Source: Paramecium tetraurelia (lineage: Eukaryota). From it: 64,000 nt of DNA. Below are positions 53,928-64,000 of the stretch, piece by piece. Position 1 is the stretch's first letter. Each line of letters opens with the position of its first letter. Both the position numbers and the translations under genes were made by a program. The stretch spans positions 1 through 64,000 of the forward strand of contig CT868054.1 of NCBI GenBank assembly GCA_000165425.1. Direction: 5' to 3'. The notes beneath the pieces were generated by a model that saw nothing but the letters and a program-made list of their open reading frames with translations, searched no databases and was not told the origin of the DNA.

Positions 53928-54499
53928 ATATCATCTATATATAATAGTTAATTAACTTATTTTTAAAGTAAATTAATTCAATTTTGTAATTTAAACAACA
54001 ATATCTTTATGTCGCAAAATTTTTTATTAGTTATTTAAACTAATTAAGAACTCTATTAATACAATAGAATAAATAAAATAGTGTGTAATTCTGTAATAAA
54101 ATAGAGTATAAAGAGAAAAATTTTTGTTATTATTATCATTTATCAATTAGAATCTTCAATTATTCACCTTCTCTATTTCATACAGTTTTCAAGCATTTGG
54201 AAACTTTATCTTACCTAAAGATTATAAAAATATCCAATTTAACTTTTATTATTATTGTTTTTTTCGGTTAAATTAAATTAATATAGATTCCTCTATTTTA
54301 GGAATACTATGAGCCCGAAAAATTGTTTTAATTATTGACATAATCTATTATGAATGATAATAATCTTTTTTGCCTCTTTGATTCTAAATATTTTAGATCA
54401 GTATTTATTTTTTAAATCTTAGTGTTCATGCAAAATAGTCTTTGAAAAATTTAGCATTTATTAAGATTTTAGATTAACCAAAATAATTAATAATGAAAA

Positions 54500-55715
54500 A
54501 ATGATAAAAATGATTTAATAATGAGTTTAAGAAAAATAAAGAGCAATTTAGGTCCAAAGAAGCTAATGAGATTTTAACAGCAGTTTAAAATAGGAAAGCT
54601 TAATTAATTATGAAATCCCATTTGAAAAATATTTATTAATTCTAAAGAACCTATCAGTAATCTAAAATTCTATTACTATTGGTTCAAAAAAAATCATGCA
54701 AATTCAAAGGAAATAATAAATGGATCTATATTCATTTCTATAGTCTTCTGAGATTGAATATATCAGAAATGAAAAGAATTAGAATTCCATATAGAAGTAT
54801 TTAAATAGATTCCTTCAGGTCAATGACTTATTTAATTTAGAAATATTAATATTTTTATTAATTTATTAAATGTAAGAAAAAATTATTATTATAAAGAAAA
54901 ATTAGGAAATTATTCATTAGGATTTTAATCTTAATGAAAAGGTGTATGAAACAATTAAAAAACAATGTAATGGAGATAATGATATTTTGATTCTTTGTTA
55001 ACATTAAGCATGTTATTTTGATGAAACTTTCTACTAATTAAAGAACAGGGTTTCAATTAATGAAGATCTAATTATTGTTGTGGAATCTCTTTGTGAAACT
55101 GTGCAATAGTTTTAATATTTTTAAAAATAATAATTGGAATAAATTTACTAAACACCATAAGAATAAACGTAAGATATCTAATAGAGTGTCAATTAAACGA
55201 AGATTAATTCATAAATTTAAGAATAAAAACTCTAAAATAAAACAAATGAAAAATTATTAGGAATAGTAACTGAAATAAAGAAAACTTATTTTGTTTCGTA
55301 ATCTAATATATGTGAATCAGAAATTCAATATGGTTCAAATAATCAGTCTAATGCAACTTCAATTGTAGAAACATGCTTTTTGTGCAATAATTTAGTTGAA
55401 AAATCAATATAGCTGGAATGCTGCCATAAATATCATGAAGAATGTTTGGAATCATTGTTTTATAGTTAATTACAAAATTAAAGTAAAGTTTTACATTGCT
55501 TATGCTCAAAATAATAATATGCTTCGGCTCTAAAGCTTATTAAAGACGAAGGAAGTTAAATGCTGTTAAAACATAAGTTATTATAAAATCAATTGAATGG
55601 AATTATCCAAAATTATAAACTAGCAAAATGTTAAAAACCAACTTGCTATTTCTATTATAATTGGAATAAAAAATTAAATCAGGAAACTTCTTTTTGTCCC
55701 CTTTGCTTAAATTGA
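54500..55715 (+). CDS. RING-finger (RBR-like remnant) protein; 5' end unresolved
   Basis: TCFLC..LECCHKYHEECL..LHCLC and CQKPTC..FCPLCLN-TGA. Confidence 0.55.
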
Positions 55716-55799
55716 TTGAACATAAATTTATATATTGAATCATATTTATATTATGGTCTTTTTCATGTTTATTTTCTTGGTTTTTCAAATATGTCAAAC

Positions 55800-57059
55800 A
55801 ATAATTTATTTGATTTAACAATTGCACAACTATCTAAGAATCTATGATCAGTACAAAACTTCAATTAGAATGAAAGCGCAAATGCAATTTATCCATCCTT
55901 AAACTAGGTTTTGAATGAGTACTCCTTCAATTTATGCACTTCAAAGACCTTGAGATAGCCTTCTTCTGCCAGGTCTATAGCTGAAATGAGGGATAGAATA
56001 TGTAACTTAATGCTTTGAAGACAGCCAGAGGATGAGAATGAGTATTACAAATGATGACAAGAAATATGAAGAGTAGTCAAATATCATAAAGGAATAAGTA
56101 GATTAGTACTTACGATATGAAAGCGTTGTTTACTATTGTCATGAAATAATTTAATTAATCTTAGAATTATATTTATATTATGGGAAACAGTATAATTCTT
56201 AAAATATTCAGATATATGTGGATTGGATGAAGAAAAGAAACATGTTTTATAGCCAGAATCCAAAATAATCACAACCAGAACCATCAAATAAACTACCATC
56301 TCAATTATCCAGGCGGACATAGCTGAAGATTTGTCAGATGTTGTTGGTACAAATTGCAATTCATTTTAGTGAATGCATCTCATGAACCAGCATGGTCTTA
56401 TATAGCAAAGAGGTATTAGTTTGGCTATTTGAATTTATAGGGACAAGAACAACAATGCTAATGAACTCACACAATAAAGTAAATTTAAATCTGATAAGCA
56501 ATAGTGAAAATAGGGGAATTGATTAAAACTAAAAGTGAAAATGTTAATTCGCTGGAAATCTATCATGTGCGTTTACCCTATTACTAAGTAAGATTAGGTC
56601 TTAATTTCTCAAGGACACAAAAGATCTACAATAAATATTTTAGAGCTATTTATCATGTTTGAGACAAAAGGGATCCAATTCCATCTCATTTACTGAGTAG
56701 AATTCCCCTAACTTTTCAATTCCGAAGCAATTTCACGCGGAGGTGCTTATAAGAGCGATCTTATAGTAATACAATCATGAATTTCTCTTAGATCAATAAC
56801 AGATGAAGAGATAGCTTTTGAACAGATTAAATTTGTTAGTTTAGATCAGATTACTCTGAAGTACTTTGCATATGAATTAATGAAATTATTAGATGAGTTC
56901 AGAATACCAGACTTGTACAAATTTCGATAATAGTAATTTCTAAATTACCTATGTATTCAACTGCAATAATTAGAAAATACCGAAGAGTTAAAACATGAAG
57001 TATACTTATTAAGTACTGGTATCACTACAGAAATAGAATAGCCTGATGGATAATAATGA
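55800..57059 (+). CDS. Divergent macro domain protein; start approximate
   Basis: ISIIQADIAEDLSDVVVNASH, GELIKTK..IYHVRLPYY, SISFTEQNSPNFSIPKQFHAEVLIRAI, EQIKFVSLD; many introns of 20-28 nt. Confidence 0.7.
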
Positions 57060-57697
57060 GTAATTTGTTATCATAATTATTATTTAATATATAATATATT
57101 TCTTTAAAGTAGGTTAAATATTATAGAGGATAAATCTATCTTATTAATCATACAAAATTATCAACCAATCTGAAATTTATAAATACCTATTTTTCATTAC
57201 GACTTAAGCTTTTGGCTATCATTCCATTTCAAGTGTGCAAAATGCCATAAATGGAGATTGAACCTTTCACAAGACTATTATGTAAAGATCAGCAACTATA
57301 GCATGATTAATAAGATAAATGAATTGCTATAATGAAGTTAGATTTATATCATTTCCACGTTAATCAATGTTGAATTTAAAAATACAAGTTCAACAATCGT
57401 TTTAATCAAGTAGACCTTTGCTGATCTAATTATTTATCATAAGTTTTTTGTTTAACAATAAATTTATTAATAATCAAATTCATTATAAATGTTGTTCTTA
57501 TTAAATAATATTATTTGAAATCCTTTATTTTATCCAATATATTAAAGTACAACTCTAAAGTAGTACTAATTAATGAAATAATGTATTACATTTTATTTAT
57601 ATCAGATTATTCAATATTCAATTTTAGATAACTTGCATTGCATCAGTATTCTATTTTCTAATTGATAATTAAGCATTAATATTATTAATTGAGTTAA

Positions 57698-58096
57698 ATG
57701 AGATTAAATAATTTACCGGATGTTCTTTTTCCCAATCCAATTCAACATCCGAATTACAAAATCTCATTTTTGGAGAAGGTTAAGGAAGATATTCTGAATG
57801 TAAGCATATAAAAATGATTTTAGAATCAATTCATTAATGAACCAATGCGCAGGAGCAGATAAAACATGACAATACGTTCATTTTAGAGAGGGTCAATCAG
57901 AATTATCAGTGCTTCAATTGCAACTTCTCAAAACAACACACAGACTAATTTTAGATCTGGGTCTTCGAAGTTCAGGATAATCAAGGAACAGTCTCAGGTG
58001 GAAGAAATGGACGAAACATTTTCTCGAACAAGGACACCATCTCAATTAGGAAGAAGATTAAAAAGAGGATTAACAATGTTTGAAAAATAGTTTTGA
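57698..58096 (+). CDS. Small hypothetical protein, 124 aa
   Basis: MRLNNLPDVLFPNP ... GLTMFEKQF-TGA with 24-nt intron at 57800-57823. Confidence 0.65.
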
Positions 58097-58122
58097 TTAG
58101 AGATTTTTAAGAGCATCTTTTA

Positions 58123-59707
58123 TCAGTTCACCAAAAATGCAGAAGATTTGTCGAATTGCTTAAACCACTCGTACTCTTATTCATCTTGAAAGAATTACTA
58201 TAGAGGTTTATAGATATCCGTTGGTTCTTTATTCAATCTTCGTTATCTCGTATTGGAAGTGCGTTGTTGTGTATTTATTGCATTGGTCTATGATATTTAT
58301 ACAATAGATCATTACCTTAATAACAAAATTGATGAGGAATGGATTGAATTTACTTTTGAACGATTTTTTTGAATAATTTCGTTTTAAGATACTATTTCGA
58401 CATTCCACTATGTCATCTACTAATTCAATGCATTATTAATCATGCCATTTTTAAGCATGTAAATTAAACTGATTTTCAAACTAATCAGTCTTAAAAATAG
58501 GCAAATGATTTTTGAGCATGTATTGTAAATGAGTTTGATCTAATTTCATTTGCATAATCAATGTGCATATGCTTTAGTCTTCGTGATGAAATTGTAGCCA
58601 ATTCAGAATACTCCTTACATTTCCTTTCATTTACAAAGTTATCATACTAATTTCTGACAGATCAAACTTAATATTTAACTCTTTAGTTGTAATTGTTGGT
58701 TTGATTAAGTAGAAATTATTATAAAAATCAACCAATTTGGCCCTGTCTTTCAAATTTTCATAAATGACTTTCTTTTTGAATTCACTGTTAATGGAATCCA
58801 ATTGATCCCTATAATTGTATTCCATGATGAGGATCAAATAGAAATACTTCACAATATCATCATGCTAATATTGGAGTAACTCAAAACCATCAAACATTTC
58901 ATGATTCTGGCATGAATCTATAATTAGAAGGTTAGGAATACCTGTAATCCAAATGAAGGGCACTCTTTGGATTTATAAGAACCTGGAATTGAGAAATTTG
59001 GGCAATGGTCCTCTGTGTATAATGATTTTCTTCTTAATTCCGAATTCAGTGTTTTATTGTTCTGGTTTGAATTTGATGTGTTGACTGGCAAACATCTCTT
59101 CGAATTCCTTCTTTTCTGTGTATTCATAGGTGAGTATGACTTCAATATTGTATGTTCTAGCAATTGCAACAATGGTGCTCATTTTACCACTAGAGCCATA
59201 GATGTTGAGCATTTGATAATTCCAATTTTGATTGCCGACTGAATTGGATTGGGAATCCCATGAATCAGAGTCCTCTACTTGGTCTTGTCTCAGTATTGAG
59301 AAGGAACTCTTGAGCCAATGTTTTAATATTTATGTGTTGTGTTGACTGAGTAACTAATTTAGATAGTCATTTACATCATCCACATGATCTGGAGTGTAGA
59401 TGTCACTCCAATAATCTGAGACTCGAGTGACATTCAAATACAAAATGGAATTTAACATTCCTCCTATGGAGTCCAATTTCGATACCTCACTTATTTACTT
59501 TACCAAATCTCCATAATTAAACTCCTTCATTATTTCCTCTCTGTATTGTGACAATACTCTTCGTAATTGTGATCCAACTTATCCCAATTGTGGACACTTC
59601 TTAAATTGTTTTTGCATCTCTTTTATTTCCTTCTTTTGTTTCTTAGTCCTGTTACCGAAGAATTCCTTTATGCAATGACTATTATGAGTATTTCTCCTGG
59701 GTGGCAT
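58123..59707 (-). CDS. Divergent RFC-like clamp loader/unloader large subunit (Elg1/ATAD5-like)
   Basis: DYWSDIYTPDHV (cf. W.EKY.P), MLNIYGSSGKMSTIVAIARTYNIEVI (degenerate Walker A), RVPFIWIT. Confidence 0.45.
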
Positions 59708-59759
59708 TTTTTTCCTGGTTGCCCGCTAATTTGCAATTTTAATATATAATTAACGTAAC

Positions 59760-61161
59760 ATGGAAGTAATTGAATCACTAAATAAACAAGCTCTTGCATA
59801 GACAGATTCTCACTAGGCTCTTGAAGATCCTGGAACGAGCTCTCAGTCTTCTACAATACTATGCTGATTGTGGCAAAATCATAGATCGCAATCTCATAGT
59901 CACTATAATCTACAACCTTGCTGGTGTCAATTAAGCGTACATATACATCAATCTATTTTCAGATTATGCAATCTGGACAAAGCTGCTCAGTACTTGGAAG
60001 GAACCGTTTTCAATTTGCAGGAGATGATTCAGCAAGAAAACAATTAAGTCTTTCTCATCAAACGAATGCATCTCCTAGCTGTTGTCCAATTATAATATTG
60101 TGGGATATTATCATAATTGAATTAACATTAAGTGGCATCTAATATTGCTCACTCTACCATCCTATTACTCAATAGACTTTTTGATATCAGTTACTAATAT
60201 TAAAGCAGTTAATAGACAACCAATAAAAATGTACAAAAATATTAAAAGGGACAATACATCTTCGAAGAGTACGACTTTAAGAATCTCCTACTAAAGAGAT
60301 CTGATGAATTACTCAAGTTCATTAAACAATTCATCACTAGTTAATTAATAGAATAGGAAGAACAACCAAAATTACAAGATATTGCAAACCATATCCTCAC
60401 TTGGAAATTGAACTCCTTAAACAACGATAAACTGCCCAAACAATCCTTCTCTAAACTCTACCAAAGATCAATGATAGGTTTGCTAAATGAAAACGAGTGG
60501 CTCGTATCCTTCAATGTTAGCAACATCATGTTCATACGCTTGCTCTCTTATGAGGAGGTCTGTCTCAAAGGAGAAATCCTATATGAATTTAGTTAAAAAG
60601 TCTTAATTGAGAAACTCATCCTCTTATCTATGGCTTACTTTTCTCTTGCTTCTGAAACTAGGAACTTAAAGAATGAACAAAAGTCTCAACTCTACCATCT
60701 AAAGTCCATCTATATTGTTAGCAATGTCTTGCACGATAACTCTCCCTATTTGGATCACCTCATCCAATCATTCTGCACTCACTATCAACAACGATTGGAG
60801 ACTATTGTAAATTATCCAATTGTATATTTTAGGTTGAAGAGCAGTCGTTTGTTGATCAGAGCACTAAGGTGAGTCTTAGGAGGAAGGAAAGCACATTGGC
60901 TAACAAGGAGAATTGCAATGATCATCTCAAACAATTGATTGAAAGTCTCTCTAAGGATAAAAAGCAGAAGTAGGAATCAATTCAGAAGACTTTGAATCAA
61001 TTACAAAATTTAAAAGACAGTAAGATTTCATTAATCTTTTAGAGTTGAGTAAATCACGTTCTGAAACGATTTTGAAAAGATTCAAAACTGAGCCAAGTCT
61101 ACATTTTGATAAAAGTGAGAAAAATTGTAAATAAATACTATAATAATTAATGAAATAATGA
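59760..61161 (+). CDS. Hypothetical protein with TPR-like helices
   Basis: LLKILERALSLLQYY..IIYNLA; SMAYFSLASETR; several introns; ends LMKQ-TGA. Confidence 0.6.
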
Positions 61162-61180
61162 TTTTTATGTCATTACTCAA

Positions 61181-63800
61181 TCAAATGATTATTGTATTTT
61201 TTGTTTTTGAATTGTTCTTTGTTTCAGTTAGTTTAGTGTAAAATTTAAATTTGGAAACAGCTACTCCAATTCATTCAATAGTTACAATTATAAATTGAAG
61301 TCTCCTTGTTTTGGGAACCCCTCATTAAGCACACTAAATTAGCAACATTACATTTTACATCAAGATTTTATGCTGATCCAACCCAGCACACAACAATTTG
61401 ATATTTGAATAGTAGATCTATAAATATTGTTCATAAATTAAGGAGTATTGATTATTGATTCCCTTCAATACATGCTCCATCTGGTTGTATTCAGCTGTGT
61501 TCTCGATCAAGGAAAGGAAATATAATTGGATCTCCTCCCAAGTGTATGCAGCAGCATTTTATCGAATCACAAAATTTGGGTTGTAAGGTTTGAGGGTACT
61601 CCAAAATTATTCGTAGGATTAGAGATGCTCCTAATTTAAATAGTGTCTTTTCAAGAACAAACAATCAAGGAACTTCCCTAATAATGCCAAACTTCTATGC
61701 TGAGCTCCAGATATCATCAAGATTTCATAGATCTTGTGGATATGCTCTTTGTCAAAGGCGAAATTTCCAATCTAACCTAATATAAGTTGCTTCAATTCAT
61801 TATTCGATGTTCTAAGTAGGTCGAGTTTCTCAAAGATGATGGGACCAAACATAAGTTATTGTTCCACACTTAAATAGGCAAAGAGTATGTCAAGCTTTTC
61901 AATCATAAAGTTCAAAACCTAAGAGTTTATGGGAATGACATAATACTTCAGCATCAATATCTGGAATCATAGACGGCAACAAAAATTCTATAAAGTATTG
62001 AACCTTAAATGTTCCCAGAATGTAGGTCATTTAGAAGATGTTATTGAGTATTGAAACTTTGACTAGATTTGATAAATTTAATTTGTTGAAGTTAGTAAGC
62101 ACAAAACTCAAGGATTTGTCATCCAAGGTTGAAATGCAATAAGCATCATCAGTGTAGTTGAGAATGGCAGCAGAATAGTCTTTTGATTCGCACAAATAAT
62201 GTGTATCTTTCGTCATCATTATTGATCTTTCTTCCATTTGGTTGTCATCCTTGATCAATAGGACATTCATCAGATGTTGTCGAATAGCATTTCCACTGAC
62301 CGAACATTGCTTAACAAATTTTTATTAGTCTTAGGAGATAACTTCCACGACATTAATTCCATTCTACTAAATGAATTCTTGTTTCCATCGTTGAATGTCC
62401 ACAGCCTTGGAATGATAATGAATTAGTTCGAACAGATCATTGGTGGTGGCATTTGTCCATTTAAATTTCTCCAAGTATTGTTTGACAATTTCAATGAACT
62501 TATCGAAACCAATCAATGTTACCAAAGATGAAAGCACAGCTGAACCCTTGTTATAAGTAATGGAATCAAAGGCTTACAACCCCTGGTTTGCATCTTCGAT
62601 CTTCATTTCAATTGGATGTGAATTAGTATTGATATCTAAGTTGACTCCATTCTATTTGTATAAGAGATAATGTATTTTTGGGTCATAAAACTTATAGGTA
62701 ATGAAGGGTTCCTTCTTAGATACTAATTGTAATGCCTGGTATGAGATATATACAGCAAAGGCTTCATTGAGCCACAGGTCGTTCCACCATTTCATTGTAA
62801 CTAAATTGCCAAACCACATGTGTGAGAGTTCGTGTAACAAGAGGAGGAACAGTTTTGTCAATAAGGTGGAGTCGAATTTGTTCTGGATCATATTTTTGGA
62901 AATCAGGACTGCTCCAGGGTGTTCCATTCCTGAGAAGTAGAAGGAACAGAATATCAGATCATATTTTTCAAATGGGAAGGGGATACCGAACAAGGATTCG
63001 TAATATTTGAAGCCTTCCTCTATGCATTGTTTGATCAGAGTGGTGGAACTTAGATAATGGGGATGTGTTACTTCAGACAGGCCATGTATTTTTCTTATTC
63101 TGAGTAGAGATTCATTTGGAGACCTGAATGCAACTCGTTGGAGATCTTCTTCCATTAGCCCATGTTGATGCTGAAGAGGTAGAGACTGATTTTGGGAGTG
63201 GTTGCGAAGTTCCATTGGTTTTGAGTTTCGGAGCATTGTTCAATCAAAATTGGATTCATGTTTGAAACAGCCAGCCATTCTTTGGGACATGTCAATTACA
63301 ATTTGATCTTAGCCTTGATGTCTGGTTAATCAAAGCAGGGAAAACACTTATGATTAGAATGTTCATACCGAATGACAATAATTAGGACAAAACAAAGAGA
63401 TGATATACGTAGCCTAATTTTAGGTGTATTTAATTAGTCCGAATTCGCTCTCTGAAAATCCGACAGTGAAAGTTATCATAATGCAGTTTTCACCTTTGAT
63501 GGTATTGATGGATAATTAATGTTTCCTCCAATTCTGAGCAATTTCCTCCAAAGTCCATTCATTATTATTCACCTTTACACTTGTGAGTTATTACCCGCAA
63601 AAGTCAATCTGAATGTGATTACTCGAACAAGTGAAGTTTATCAAAATCATTCCCATTATTATGTCATTCTAGACTACCAAGTCCAAAGAATATTGACAAT
63701 TATCCACGTCCATCCTTCTCTGTTCAGCCTGATCTCTACTAAGCAAGGCATATTTGATCTGTTTTTCATCATTCCGTATGCCATCCTACTCCAATTACAT
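61181..63800 (-). CDS. M1 family zinc aminopeptidase (aminopeptidase N)
   Basis: FPCFDQPDIKAK, FSGMEHPG, HELSHMWFGNLVTMKWWNDLWLNEAFA, FDSITYNKGSAVL; N-terminal LLSRDQAEQR. Confidence 0.93.
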
Positions 63801-64000
63801 TTTAGTAATAAATTTATATTTAAATATCCTCTTCGATTATAATATTGCCCCCCAAGTCATATATATCATTACAACCATTTACTCTCATTATATTTTATAT
63901 ATTCAATATATTTTCTACAATGCAAGATCAGTAGAGCATGCTTTCAGTCTACAATAACCCTTGGAATAAGTTGAATACCACCTAGTAAAAAGGATACCTC

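Noticed and set aside
59766..59790. Apparent +1 frameshift near the start of the TPR-like gene
   Set aside because: A 25-nt GTAATT..ACAAG intron restores the frame
63070..63236. N-terminus of supplied ORF 62652-63236
   Set aside because: Wrong frame upstream of a 23-nt intron in the aminopeptidase
1..64000. CRISPR arrays, tRNA/rRNA, telomeric repeats, intact transposons, retained IESs
   Set aside because: None recognisable by eye; TA-bounded IES-like matches are uninformative in such AT-rich DNA without germline reads

Overview
AT-rich, gene-dense ciliate macronuclear DNA, almost certainly Paramecium. TAA/TAG read as Gln, TGA is the only stop, and genes carry tiny (about 20-32 nt) GT..AG introns and very short intergenic spacers. 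The supplied ORF track uses the wrong genetic code and fragments the real genes. Hand re-translation gives about 40 genes. Recognisable ones include XPD/RAD3 helicase, PDH E1-alpha, RPL10A, DRG1, NAA15, PIG-V, alpha-tubulin acetyltransferase, gamma-glutamyl hydrolase, NDUFA13-like, Cdc25-like, M1 aminopeptidase, two tandem CAMK-like kinases, and FAM161-like, TMEM131-like and COG4-like proteins. There is a 763-nt N gap. The most notable items are a single-chain cytochrome b561 + cytochrome b5 + FAD/NAD(P)H reductase fusion with a decayed paralogue 9 kb upstream, an RBR E3 ligase fused to a multipass membrane domain, a 99-aa half-DHHC microprotein, several apparent pseudo-enzymes, an intronless bacterial-like aldose 1-epimerase, and single-base frameshifts in XPD and a PUB-UBX gene. 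All calls come from manual reading and remembered family motifs; no database searches were run, and exon boundaries are approximate.
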